A stretch of DNA of 64,000 bases from Candidatus Omnitrophota bacterium (GTDB taxonomy: Bacteria; Omnitrophota; Gorgyraeia; Gygaellales; Profunditerraquicolaceae). A program made the position numbers and the translations under genes. The notes under the pieces were generated by a model. It searched no databases and had not been told where the DNA came from. It saw nothing but the letters and a program-made list of their open reading frames with translations. The stretch is from positions 19,956 to 83,955 of the forward strand of contig JAQTQJ010000004.1 of assembly GCA_028712255.1 (NCBI GenBank), written 5' to 3'. This document shows positions 1-9,131 of the stretch, in pieces (positions within the stretch are counted from its first letter, which is position 1; every line of letters begins with the position of its first letter).

Positions 1-80
1 TCAAAAAAATCCCAACTCCATAAATTTAGTATAATCAGGAGTCGGGATATTGTCAACTCGATTCTATTTAATGGTTTACA

Positions 81-1037
81 TTACCGGCAATGCATTACAT
101 CGCCGCTTGAGATCTTCTGGATAAGACCAGAATCCTTACGGATAAGCAGGCTTCCGTCATTATCGATGTTTACGGCGCATCCTTCAATATGCTTATTTTG
201 GCAATACACCTTAACCCGGCTTCCCAAAGTAAGGCTAAAGGTGCGCCATTTATCGATTATTGCCCGGCTTCCCTTGTCTTCCAGGATAAAATAGTTATTC
301 TCTATCCGGCGTAAAAGTTCCTGCAACAAGAGAATACGGCTGATTGGCTTTCCCTGCAACTCTTTTAATGAAGTAGCCTGGGAAATTAAAGATTTTTTAT
401 CGTTATTAACATTTAAACCAATGCCGATAACTACAAAATTAACTTTATCAACTTCGGCGTTCATTTCAGTTAGAATGCCGGCAACCTTCTTATTATGGAT
501 AAATATGTCATTTGGCCATTTAATCTGTACGTCCACTCCGCTAACATTCTTTACAGCTTCACAAATACTTACCGCACTCATTAATGTTAATACCGGAGAA
601 ACTGCCGGGAGAATCTTTGGCCTTAAAATTAAGGAAAGATATATCCCTTTGTATTTCGGAGAAAACCAGTTCCTCCCTAATCTGCCGCGCCCCTTTGTCT
701 GAGATTCAGTCAATACCAGCGCACCATTAGGCTCCCCCCGTATACCCAACTGCATAGCTAAATCCATAGTTGAGGATAAATGATCGAAATAGTGGATTTT
801 TTTACCGATAAATTTAGTATTAAGGTTACGGGTAATCTCTAAAGGAAAAAGCCGATCCGGGCAAGACTCAAGACGGTATCCTAAATGGGGAACAGCAACT
901 ATCTCATACCCGGAATCTTTTAACTCCTGGATATGCTTCCATAAACCCTGGCGGCTGATACCCAAGTGTTTACTGATTTGGTCTCCAGAGAGATAATCAT
1001 ACTCTTTATTTAAATAATCAAGTATTTTTTCTTTCAT
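81..1037 (-). CDS. birA: Bifunctional biotin-protein ligase / biotin operon repressor BirA
   Basis: N-terminal HTH (DQISKHLGISRQGLWKHIQEL), biotin-ligase GRGRLGRNW motif, KWPNDI motif, 318 aa. Confidence 0.8.
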   Translation of the reverse strand: MKEKILDYLNKEYDYLSGDQISKHLGISRQGLWKHIQELKDSGYEIVAVPHLGYRLESCPDRLFPLEITRNLNTKFIGKKIHYFDHLSSTMDLAMQLGIRGEPNGALVLTESQTKGRGRLGRNWFSPKYKGIYLSLILRPKILPAVSPVLTLMSAVSICEAVKNVSGVDVQIKWPNDIFIHNKKVAGILTEMNAEVDKVNFVVIGIGLNVNNDKKSLISQATSLKELQGKPISRILLLQELLRRIENNYFILEDKGSRAIIDKWRTFSLTLGSRVKVYCQNKHIEGCAVNIDNDGSLLIRKDSGLIQKISSGDVMHCR

Positions 1038-1056
1038 CCGGCTTTTCCCTCTTTTT

Positions 1057-2238
1057 TTACTTTACTTTCTTGGAAGGGTCAAGTTCATAAAGCGGGCTCA
1101 TGGCGCGCAGCTTTTGCACAACTGGAGGTAATTTTTCCAAAAGATAATCGATATCACTCTCTTTAGTCCAACGTCCCAAGGTAACCCGCAGAGAACCGTG
1201 GGCAGTCTCATGATTCAGGCCGATTGCCAATAAAACATGCGAGGGTTCAAGAGAACTCGAGGTACAGGCTGAGCCGGTGGAGCAGGCAATTCCCAGCATA
1301 TCCAAGCTTAAAAGCATTGACTCACCTTCTATGTATTTAATGGAAAAATTTACATTATTCGGCAGGCGCTTGGTAGGGTGGCCATTGAGCCTGACTTCCG
1401 GAATCCTTAAAGGAATCTCTTGAATAAGCTTATCGCGCAAAGCGCTTTGAAATTTAATCTCACTTTCCATCTTCTCTTGGCAAAGCGCAATTGCCGCAGC
1501 AGTACCAACTATCCCGGCAACATTATGCGTGGATGCACGCCTACCTCTCTCCTGATCTCCTCCGCGCATAAATGTCTCTAAACGTGTGCCTTTTCTAACA
1601 TACAAAGCCCCTACTCCTTTTGGTCCGTAAAACTTATGAGCAGAGAGTGACAACAGGTCAACATTGAGCTCATTTACATTTATAGGAATATGCCCAAAGG
1701 TCTGTACTGCGTCAGTATGAAAACAAATCCCTTTTTCTTTGGCGATTTCTGATAATCGCGCAATCGGTTGTATTGAGCCAATTTCATTATTAGCATGCAT
1801 AATGCTAACAAGTATGGTTTTATCCGTAATTGCTTTCTTTAAATCATCACAAGAGACCAAGCCATCCTTATCCACGCCAAGATAAGTGACTTTAAAACCT
1901 TTTTTTTCTAAGAATTTTGCCGGTTCGCTAATCGCATGATGCTCAATGGTAGAAGTAATAATATGATTGCCTTTTTTTTCTAATGCATACGCAATTCCTA
2001 AAAGAGCAAAATTATCTGATTCCGTACCTCCGGAAGTAAAAACAATCTCTTCCGGTTTTGCGCCGATAGAATCAGCCAGCATCTGGCGGCTGTCTTCAAG
2101 GCCCTTCTTTGCCTCCTGCCCGTAAGCATGGAGGCTAGAGGCATTACCGAATTTCTCAAAAAAATACGGCTCCATTGCCCCTAGAACCTGCGGATCAACC
2201 GGAGTAGTTGCCGCGTAATCTAGATATACCTTTTTCAC
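1057..2238 (-). CDS. Cysteine desulfurase (NifS/IscS family, PLP-dependent); GTG start
   Basis: MKKVYLDYAATTP start, PLP-lysine motif SAHKFYGPKG, active-site Cys region GSACTS; 393 aa. Confidence 0.85.
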   Translation of the reverse strand: MKKVYLDYAATTPVDPQVLGAMEPYFFEKFGNASSLHAYGQEAKKGLEDSRQMLADSIGAKPEEIVFTSGGTESDNFALLGIAYALEKKGNHIITSTIEHHAISEPAKFLEKKGFKVTYLGVDKDGLVSCDDLKKAITDKTILVSIMHANNEIGSIQPIARLSEIAKEKGICFHTDAVQTFGHIPINVNELNVDLLSLSAHKFYGPKGVGALYVRKGTRLETFMRGGDQERGRRASTHNVAGIVGTAAAIALCQEKMESEIKFQSALRDKLIQEIPLRIPEVRLNGHPTKRLPNNVNFSIKYIEGESMLLSLDMLGIACSTGSACTSSSLEPSHVLLAIGLNHETAHGSLRVTLGRWTKESDIDYLLEKLPPVVQKLRAMSPLYELDPSKKVK

Positions 2239-2311
2239 CCCGCACCTTCTTTCTTATTTAATTCATTAAACCGTACGGTTTCAATAGTTGAATAGTTAGA
2301 AGGTGCGGGGT
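2236..2311. promoter_or_regulatory. 13-bp stem hairpin (ccccgcaccttct / agaaggtgcgggg) with a 47-nt loop containing the palindrome aaaccgtacggttt; it sequesters the AGAAGGTG Shine-Dalgarno of the desulfurase gene
   Basis: Perfect inverted repeat read directly; right arm abuts the LarE-like stop, left arm abuts the GTG start at 2238. Confidence 0.45.
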
Positions 2312-3118
2312 TCATTTGTTAATTACCTCATTTAAGCTACCTGTCCGATACCCTTCTAAATCCAGCGTTATATAATTATAACCTAAATCTTTTAAACGCT
2401 CAACTACCTGCTGATGCCTCTTCAACAGACGAATCATATCATTTTTATCAACTTCAATCCTGCAAAGCCCGTTATAGTGGCGCAAGCGTACTTGTTTAAA
2501 ACCAAGGCCATTTAAATACTCTTCTGCCTGGTCAATACGCTTTAGCAAACCAGCAGTAATTCTAGTGCCGTACGGTATACGTGAAGCAAGACAGGCCAGG
2601 CTTGGCTTATTCCAACTAGAGAGGCCTAATTTTTTGCTCGCATTCCGGATATCTTTTTTGCTAAAACCTACCTGCGCTAAAGGTGATTCTACTTTAAGCT
2701 CTTCCTTAGCAACGTTTCCCGGACGGTAATCTAATTTATCCGAAAGGTTACTTGCATCCAAGACAAAATTTAATTTATGCTCTTTGGCAATCTTGATTAA
2801 TTTTGTAAAGAGCTCTTTTTTACAGAAATAGCAACGTTTAGCCGGATTAGCAGAGAATCTTTTATTGCTTAGTTCAGCTGTTCTGATTATTTTAAGCCTT
2901 ACCCCTATCTCCTTAGCTAATATCCTGGCCTTTTCAAGCTCTGCCTTAGGATAAGTGGCCGAGACTGCCGTAACTGCCAGAAGTTTTTCAGACTTAAGTA
3001 CAGAAGAACAAATTTTGAGCAAAAACGCGCTATCCTGGCCTCCGGAGAATGCCACCAAACAAGATTTATACCCGTAAATTTTGCGTTTAAGGCGGGCAAG
3101 TTTATCCTGAAGAATCAT
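2312..3118 (-). CDS. PP-loop superfamily ATPase (LarE-like ATP-dependent sulfur transferase, TIGR00268-type)
   Basis: SGGQDS PP-loop motif near the N-terminus, 268 aa, adjacent to cysteine desulfurase. Confidence 0.65.
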   Translation of the reverse strand: MILQDKLARLKRKIYGYKSCLVAFSGGQDSAFLLKICSSVLKSEKLLAVTAVSATYPKAELEKARILAKEIGVRLKIIRTAELSNKRFSANPAKRCYFCKKELFTKLIKIAKEHKLNFVLDASNLSDKLDYRPGNVAKEELKVESPLAQVGFSKKDIRNASKKLGLSSWNKPSLACLASRIPYGTRITAGLLKRIDQAEEYLNGLGFKQVRLRHYNGLCRIEVDKNDMIRLLKRHQQVVERLKDLGYNYITLDLEGYRTGSLNEVINK

Positions 3119-3135
3119 TATAAAATTTATTCTAC

Positions 3136-3357
3136 CTATAGAGCAATAACTTCTTTTATTTCGGGAACTTCCTGCCTCAGGATTCTTTCAATCCCCATCT
3201 TCAAAGTCATCGAACTCATCGGGCAACATCCGCAGCTTCCTTTTAATTTTAACTTGACAACACCGTCGGCTGTTACATCGACTAATTCAACATCACCACC
3301 ATCTGCAGCTAACATAGGCCTTACCTTATCGAGTGCTTTTTCAATTTTTTCTCTCAT
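3136..3357 (-). CDS. NifU-like Fe-S cluster scaffold domain protein (Nfu C-terminal domain)
   Basis: 73 aa, GSCGCCPMS CxxC motif typical of Nfu/NifU C-terminal domain. Confidence 0.7.
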   Translation of the reverse strand: MREKIEKALDKVRPMLAADGGDVELVDVTADGVVKLKLKGSCGCCPMSSMTLKMGIERILRQEVPEIKEVIAL

Positions 3358-3422
3358 CTTATTTTCCTCCTATTGATTTTGGTTTATTGTACCACCTCAA
3401 AAATTTACCCGCAACCTATTTC

Positions 3423-4334
3423 CTAAAATTCTTTCTGGTCCAGGTAATGAGAAGCGCTTAATGCGGCTTTTGAACCTTCTCCAGCGGCAATAATAATCTG
3501 CTTCTCCAAAACATTTGTTACGTCTCCTGCGGCAAATATTCCCGGAATATTGGTTTGGTTAAATAAATCAATGACTATTTCGTCTTTAGAGTTCTTTTGC
3601 ACATTTTTGGCAAACGCAGAATTTGGAGTAAGCCCAATCTCTACGAAAACCCCTTCCACAGCTAACTCTTTCTCCCCGTCCTTATTTCTTATTCTAATGG
3701 CACGCACAAACTTATCCCCCAATACTGCGCTGACCTGGTAATTATTCAAAATTGTAACATTTTCTGCATTCTTGACTTTCTGGAGCATAATCTGGTCTCC
3801 GGCCAACTGATCTGCAATATTTATAATATAAATATGCTTAGCGATCCTGATCAACTGCAAGGTAGCATCCATTGCAGAGTTTCCTCCGCCGATTACCGAA
3901 ACCACTTTACCTGCAAAAAGCGGGCCGTCACAAATAGCGCAATATGTTAAACCATGATTCTTAAATTCTTTTTCACCAGGCACTCCCAGCTCTCTTGATT
4001 TTTTTCCAGAGGCAATAATTACCGCCCTGGATTGATAATCTGCCTTATTAGTCTTGACTAAACACACCTGGCCTGATTTCTCAACTTCCAGTACCTCCTC
4101 ATTTTCTTTTAAGGCAATACCGTATTTACGCATATGCTCTTCAAATTTCAGCGTTAACTCCGGCCCAGTAATAAATTGATATCCTGTGTAATTCTCGATA
4201 TCCCCACTCCAGGCAGTCTGTCCGCCGATATCAAGGCTAATTAAGAGAAATTTCAGTTTCTTTCTAGCCGCATAGACGCTAGCAGTAATTCCCGCAGGCC
4301 CACCTCCAATAATAATCAAATCATAAATTTCCAT
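3423..4334 (-). CDS. trxB: Thioredoxin-disulfide reductase
   Basis: GGGPAG FAD motif, redox-active CAICDG, second GGGNSA NADPH motif, 303 aa. Confidence 0.85.
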   Translation of the reverse strand: MEIYDLIIIGGGPAGITASVYAARKKLKFLLISLDIGGQTAWSGDIENYTGYQFITGPELTLKFEEHMRKYGIALKENEEVLEVEKSGQVCLVKTNKADYQSRAVIIASGKKSRELGVPGEKEFKNHGLTYCAICDGPLFAGKVVSVIGGGNSAMDATLQLIRIAKHIYIINIADQLAGDQIMLQKVKNAENVTILNNYQVSAVLGDKFVRAIRIRNKDGEKELAVEGVFVEIGLTPNSAFAKNVQKNSKDEIVIDLFNQTNIPGIFAAGDVTNVLEKQIIIAAGEGSKAALSASHYLDQKEF

Positions 4335-4342
4335 ATTATAAT

Positions 4343-4579
4343 TTACAATCCTAATAGTTGTTTAATTTTATCCTTATCAAATCCTATGACAATCTGGCCG
4401 TCAATATCCAGAACCGGTACCCCCATCTGCCCACTTTTTTTAACCATCTCATCCGCGGCAACTTTATCAACGGAAACATCCCATTCTAAAAATAGTATGT
4501 TGTTCTCTTTCAAAAACTGTTTTACTCGAATACACCAGGGGCAAGTCGGAGTACTATAAACTATTACACTTTTGGCCAT
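4343..4579 (-). CDS. Glutaredoxin-like protein (CPWC active site, YruB/NrdH-like)
   Basis: 78 aa thioredoxin-fold protein with TPTCPWC motif. Confidence 0.65.
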   Translation of the reverse strand: MAKSVIVYSTPTCPWCIRVKQFLKENNILFLEWDVSVDKVAADEMVKKSGQMGVPVLDIDGQIVIGFDKDKIKQLLGL

Positions 4580-4586
4580 ATTAATC

Positions 4587-5048
4587 TCACTTTCTTAAGT
4601 TAAACGGAGCAAGATCAACTATCTCCTCTATTTCGATCAGAATAATATGCTTAGGAAACGGCAGGCTTGCTTCAGGATGATATCCATGGCTTTTATCTCC
4701 AGCCAAATTCTTCAGTAATCTTTTTGCCAAACGGGAAGTAATCTTATCCTCCCAAGTTTTAATAATCTCTCCGCTAATATCTTCAGGCATTATCTTAGCC
4801 TTCCCTTTAAGGCAATACCCTATAAATTTGTGCTCATCAACTGCGCTGATACTTACCTTAGGATTACGCACTATATTCTCAGCGGTAATTCCATGATAAA
4901 CATCAACTAAATAAACTTTGCCTTCGGGTTCAATTTTGACTATGTCTTTGTATGAAGTATGAGGAAAACCATCTTTATCTAAAGAAGAAACTGTCACGAA
5001 ACTTTGAGTGCGTAAAAAATCAGCAATTTTGGTGTGGATCTTTTTCAT
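4587..5048 (-). CDS. Pyridoxamine 5-prime-phosphate oxidase-like FMN-binding split-barrel protein (putative)
   Basis: 153 aa; fold-level resemblance only; 4-nt overlap with the flavodiiron gene suggests co-translation. Confidence 0.35.
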   Translation of the reverse strand: MKKIHTKIADFLRTQSFVTVSSLDKDGFPHTSYKDIVKIEPEGKVYLVDVYHGITAENIVRNPKVSISAVDEHKFIGYCLKGKAKIMPEDISGEIIKTWEDKITSRLAKRLLKNLAGDKSHGYHPEASLPFPKHIILIEIEEIVDLAPFNLRK

Positions 5049-6232
5049 TTTAAAAGCTCGGCAAATTTACTGCCAAATTCAAAGCAGTTTTTTAATTCAG
5101 CTTCATCAGGGCTATACTTAAAGGATATCCCTGGAAGACTAAGATCTGCGCCGTTATCTTTAAATACCTCTTGCATCTCCTTAACTGCTCCACCAGCCCA
5201 ACCATAAGAGCCAAAGAAACTAACCTGCCTGCCTTTGAGCTTTAAACCTTTAACTATTTCAAGAAACGCAGCAATATTAGGCAGCATATCATTATCGTGG
5301 GTAGATGAGCCAAAAAGAAAACCTTTGGCTGTTAACATTTGCGTAATCACCTCCGTACGATCACTCTGCGCTATATCATAAATCTTAAAATCTATCCCCC
5401 TGCCAGTTATACCCTGGGCAATCCGGGAGGCTATCTTAGCAGTTGAGCCCCACATAGTCTCATAAACAATTACTATCTTGTTTTTCGTTTTGCCGCTCGC
5501 CCAAGAAATATAGGCATCGATTATTTTAGCCGGATCCTTGCGCCAGATAATCCCATGGCTAGGCGCAATCATCTTAATGGGTATATTTAATTTCTGAATC
5601 TCTCGAATTTTATTTAAAATCACGCTCCCAAAAGGCCAAAGGATATTGGCGTAATAAGACTCTGCCTCCTCCATTAAGGCACATTGATCAGTTTGATCAT
5701 CAAAACGCTCACTTGTTGCAAAATGTTGGCCAAATGCATCATTGGATAAAAGCAGTTCATCCTGAAGGCAATAAGTAAACATGCTGTCGGGCCAATGAAT
5801 CATCGGGGCTTCGATAAAGCTAAGCGTACGTTTACCTAACTTCAACTGATCGCCGGTTTTAACAATTTGAAAATTCCAGTCTTTGTAATAATGCTTGTAA
5901 AGGCCCTCCTTACATTTAGCAGTACCTAAAATCTTGGCCTCCGGGCATAATGACATGATTGCAGGCAGAGCGCCGGAATGATCTGTCTCAACGTGATTGG
6001 CAATAATATAATCTATTTTTTCAAGCGGGACAATCTCTCTGATATTATCAATTAATTCCTGCGAGAATGTCCCCAGAACAGTATCAACAAGGGTGATCTT
6101 TTCATCTATAATAAGATAGGCGTTATAAGTTGAGCCCCTTTTAGTAGTATAAGTATGCCCGTGAAAATTACGCACATTCCAATCCACTACCCCCACAGAA
6201 TATATATCCGGTAATATTTTTATCGCAGCCAT
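5045..6232 (-). CDS. Flavodiiron protein (FprA-type O2/NO reductase: metallo-beta-lactamase domain plus flavodoxin domain)
   Basis: HVETDHSGA di-iron motif, C-terminal flavodoxin-like domain; start placed at internal MAAIKILPDIY because the ORF-track N-terminal 37 aa is a spurious extension into a GC-rich repeat region. Confidence 0.8.
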   Translation of the reverse strand: MAAIKILPDIYSVGVVDWNVRNFHGHTYTTKRGSTYNAYLIIDEKITLVDTVLGTFSQELIDNIREIVPLEKIDYIIANHVETDHSGALPAIMSLCPEAKILGTAKCKEGLYKHYYKDWNFQIVKTGDQLKLGKRTLSFIEAPMIHWPDSMFTYCLQDELLLSNDAFGQHFATSERFDDQTDQCALMEEAESYYANILWPFGSVILNKIREIQKLNIPIKMIAPSHGIIWRKDPAKIIDAYISWASGKTKNKIVIVYETMWGSTAKIASRIAQGITGRGIDFKIYDIAQSDRTEVITQMLTAKGFLFGSSTHDNDMLPNIAAFLEIVKGLKLKGRQVSFFGSYGWAGGAVKEMQEVFKDNGADLSLPGISFKYSPDEAELKNCFEFGSKFAELLK

Positions 6233-6376
6233 TGGCTCCTCCTTGCCCACCAGGGCATACTTGCGCAATACCTTATAAGCGCAAGGTATTATCCACCAGG
6301 GCACACCCGCGCAATTAGCGCACAAGCGCATGCCGGCGCCCACCTATCGCGCCGGGCACCTTATAAACGTTGGGTG
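6233..6376. promoter_or_regulatory. GC-rich leader/promoter region with imperfect direct repeats (ccaccagggcaYacYYgcgcaat at 6247 and 6293) and short inverted repeats, upstream of the flavodiiron gene
   Basis: Seen in sequence; local GC far above the window average; repeats spaced ~46 bp. Confidence 0.35.
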
Positions 6377-7081
6377 CTAATAACCCTGGAAATTCTCCAT
6401 AATAATTTTATCACTTGGCAAAGCTATTTCCTCGGTCAATATTTTACGCATCGCCTCAACCATCTGCGGCGGCCCGCAGAGATAAAATTTTCTCTCTAGG
6501 TAATCCGGAATTTCGTTTTTTATAATTCCGCCATTAATTAAACCAACCGTGCACTTAAATCCGGGTTCCGTCTCACACAACACATGCGCTACCCGTAGCA
6601 ACGGATAGCTTTTAACCATAGCATCAAAATCATCCTTAAAAACTATATCACGTACAGAACGATTGGAGTAAACCAAAACTATATCCGTGCCTAAATTCTT
6701 ATCAACCGCGTATTTACAAATACTGCGGATAGGCGTAATCCCTATGCCGCCAGATAAAAAAGCAATCTTGGGGAAAAACTCATCCAAGATGAATTTTCCA
6801 AAAGGGTATTCGATAATAACCTGGTCACTGGCTTTTAAATTATCAAGCGCTTTGGAAAAATCGCTTTGGGTTAATTTTTTCGTAAACTCCAGATAACATT
6901 TTTCAGTCGGGGAGCTAGAAATAGAAAGGTATCTTTTTAATTTTGGGTTATTTCCAAGCTTAACCGATAGAAATTGCCCGGCTTTAAAATTAGAATCTCC
7001 GGGAATATCCAAACGAAAGCTCTTTACATTATAGTTTCGCTGGATAACTTCTTTTATCTTAGCTTTAATCTCTACAGGCAT
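6377..7081 (-). CDS. FNR-family FAD/NAD(P)-binding oxidoreductase (putative rubredoxin/FDP reductase partner)
   Basis: RYLSISS (RxYS FAD motif), GGIGITP NAD motif, CGPPQM C-terminal motif; 234 aa. Confidence 0.65.
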   Translation of the reverse strand: MPVEIKAKIKEVIQRNYNVKSFRLDIPGDSNFKAGQFLSVKLGNNPKLKRYLSISSSPTEKCYLEFTKKLTQSDFSKALDNLKASDQVIIEYPFGKFILDEFFPKIAFLSGGIGITPIRSICKYAVDKNLGTDIVLVYSNRSVRDIVFKDDFDAMVKSYPLLRVAHVLCETEPGFKCTVGLINGGIIKNEIPDYLERKFYLCGPPQMVEAMRKILTEEIALPSDKIIMENFQGY

Positions 7082-7109
7082 TCTTGGCTAGAGTGGCTTT
7101 AGATACCAA

Positions 7110-7271
7110 TCAAACTATTTTTTCAAACTGATCTTTACCTACGCCACATTCAGGACAAACCCAGTTGGCCGGTAAATTTTCGAAACTTGTTCCGGGAGTA
7201 ACTCCGTTATTGGGATCTCCAACAGCAGGATCATAAATATATCCGCAGACCAAACATTTATATTTACTCAT
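7110..7271 (-). CDS. Rubredoxin (53 aa; absent from the ORF track because it is under 60 aa)
   Basis: Hand translation: [53 protein letters not shown]; two CxxCG knuckles, Y-x-Y-D and W-x-CP-x-CG signatures. Confidence 0.85.
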   Translation of the reverse strand: MSKYKCLVCGYIYDPAVGDPNNGVTPGTSFENLPANWVCPECGVGKDQFEKIV

Positions 7272-7320
7272 TTTATTCTCCTCCTATCTATAGCATAGAG
7301 ACGCAAAAATTTTTCCTTCT

Positions 7321-7692
7321 TTACATCATGAATCCTTTATTTTCACCGCACTTAGAATTTTCAGGACGTTTCCTGTCCTTAGGAAAAGGGCCCTTTTCCG
7401 GCATAACCATAGCCGGTAAATTATCCTTCTGCATCATTTGTGACATAAAACAAGATCTTGTATTCTGCTGCATCATACCGTTACCTGCAACAAAACCCTT
7501 GGTCATCTTATAAACTGCTGCGGAAAAAACAACCAGCGCTGCCAGCCAAAGAAGGCTAGCTACCACATACCCAAAAGCTTTAAGCGCTTTCCCCTCAACT
7601 TTACGCAAGACAAGTAAAACAAAAAAACTTACCGTCAATAAAACTGAAATCGGTACAATAGCCATTAAATACGATAATCTGAATACGCACAT
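7321..7692 (-). CDS. Hypothetical membrane protein with two N-terminal TM helices and a Met-rich C-terminal tail
   Basis: Hydrophobic segments; tail MMQQNTRSCFMSQMMQKDNLPAMVMP...FMM. Confidence 0.35.
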   Translation of the reverse strand: MCVFRLSYLMAIVPISVLLTVSFFVLLVLRKVEGKALKAFGYVVASLLWLAALVVFSAAVYKMTKGFVAGNGMMQQNTRSCFMSQMMQKDNLPAMVMPEKGPFPKDRKRPENSKCGENKGFMM

Positions 7693-7719
7693 ATTTATCC
7701 CTCCTATTTAAACTTATGC

Positions 7720-9009
7720 TTATTTTTTCAATATCCTCTTTAAATCTTCATCCGGCGTGGAAATCAATCTCAAATCAAATTTCTCCTGCAGGAGGCCAAA
7801 AACATTCTTACTTACAAAAGCAGGCGGTGTTGGGCCAATATAGATACCTTTGATATTAAGGTACAACAAAGTAAGCAAGATGGCAACTGCTTTTTGCTCA
7901 AACCAAGACAAAACCAAGGTTAGCGGCAAATCGTTAACACCACAGCCAAATACCTTAGCCAAAGCCACTGCCACCTGTATCGCCGAATAAGCATTATTGC
8001 ACTGGCCGATATCGATTAATCTGGGTATCCCCTCGATATCCCCAAAGTCCAATTTGTTAAATCGGTATTTACCACAGGCAAGGGTAAGAATCACACAATC
8101 CTTAGGTACCCTTTCAGCAAACTCCGTGTAATAATTACGCCCGGGTTTTGCGCCATCACAGCCTCCAATCAAAAAGAAATGTTTAATTTTACCGGATTTA
8201 ACTAAGCTAACAATCTTATTCGCTAAACCCAAAATTGCCGTATGATGAAAACCCGTCAAGATTTTCTTACCTGGCGCAAGCGGTAAGGGCGGCAAGGATT
8301 TAGCTTTCTCAATTAAGGGCGAAAAATCCCTTGATTTTAAATGCGTTGCGCCCGGTACGCCAGTTATGCCTATAGTAAATAGCCTATTCAGATAGGAATT
8401 CTCCGGCGGAATCAACACGCAATTAGTAGTTGCCAGTATTGCTCCGCTAAAAGTATTAAACTCCTTTTTCTGCTCCTGCCAAGCTCCACCATAATTACCT
8501 ACTAAATGTTTAAACTTTTTTAACTCCGGATAACCGTGCGCAGGGAGCATTTCGCTATGTGTATAAATATTTATTCCCAAACCTTCTGTCTGCTTAAGCA
8601 ACTCATAAAGATCCAATAAATCATGCCCAGTGACTAAGATTCCCGGCCCCGCATAAGTACCAGTTTCAACTTCCGTAGGAACAGGATTACCAAACTTCTG
8701 CGTATGCGCTTTGTCCAGCATCTCCATGGTTTTATAATTCATCTGGCCGCATTTTAAAACTAACTCCAAATATTGATTCAGGTCAAAACTAACATTGGTT
8801 ACGGTTTTAAAAAGCGCTTCATGCATAAAAGCATCTACCTCTTCATTATGGGCGCCTAACTGCCACGCATGATATGCGTAAGCAGCAATTCCTTTTAGTC
8901 CATATAGGAGTGTGTCCTGTAAACTTTGAATATCCTCATTTTTTCCGCATACGCCTAATTTGGTACAACCTGTCCCACCTGCTGTCTGTTCACACTGATA
9001 ACAAAACAT
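7720..9009 (-). CDS. hcp: Hybrid-cluster protein / hydroxylamine reductase (short class)
   Basis: N-terminal MFCYQCEQT...GCTKLGVCGK cysteine cluster; strong AGGAGG Shine-Dalgarno 8 nt upstream of the ATG at 9009; the ORF-track start at 9033 lies inside a repeat element. Confidence 0.8.
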   Translation of the reverse strand: MFCYQCEQTAGGTGCTKLGVCGKNEDIQSLQDTLLYGLKGIAAYAYHAWQLGAHNEEVDAFMHEALFKTVTNVSFDLNQYLELVLKCGQMNYKTMEMLDKAHTQKFGNPVPTEVETGTYAGPGILVTGHDLLDLYELLKQTEGLGINIYTHSEMLPAHGYPELKKFKHLVGNYGGAWQEQKKEFNTFSGAILATTNCVLIPPENSYLNRLFTIGITGVPGATHLKSRDFSPLIEKAKSLPPLPLAPGKKILTGFHHTAILGLANKIVSLVKSGKIKHFFLIGGCDGAKPGRNYYTEFAERVPKDCVILTLACGKYRFNKLDFGDIEGIPRLIDIGQCNNAYSAIQVAVALAKVFGCGVNDLPLTLVLSWFEQKAVAILLTLLYLNIKGIYIGPTPPAFVSKNVFGLLQEKFDLRLISTPDEDLKRILKK

Positions 9010-9028
9010 TATTCCCCTCCTATGTTTT

Positions 9029-9112
9029 GTCATTCTGAGCCCGCCATTGATTCAGTGGCGACCGAAGAATCAAAAATGAGATTCTTCGGTCGCTTCGCTC
9101 CCTCAGAATGAC
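9029..9112. repeat. Palindromic intergenic element family A, copy 1 (gtcattctgag ... ctcagaatgac with nested gaccgaagaatc/gattcttcggtc)
   Basis: Inverted repeat seen directly; lies inside the operon between the HD gene stop and hcp start. Confidence 0.8.
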
Positions 9113-9131
9113 GTATTCATGGTTTCTCTCT

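Noticed and set aside
421-702. Plus-strand 93-aa ORF inside birA, and similar short antisense ORFs inside other genes (e.g. 3550..3741, 6687..6896, 9978..10253, 24641..25357, 48311..48744)
   Set aside because: Each is embedded antisense in a well-supported gene with clear family motifs; none has recognisable motifs or a convincing start context.
6233-6343. ORF-track N-terminal extension of the flavodiiron protein (MGAGMRLCANCAGVPWWIIPCAYKVLRKYALVGKEEP)
   Set aside because: Flavodiiron proteins begin near MAAIKILPDIY. The extension is translation of a GC-rich repeat-containing leader and has no homologous counterpart.
9010-9033. ORF-track start of hcp at 9033 (MTKHRRGI...) and the 62855 start of the response regulator
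   Set aside because: Both extensions read into palindromic repeat or hairpin sequence. The conserved family N-termini (MFCYQCEQT; MPKKILIIDDD) with proper RBS lie downstream.
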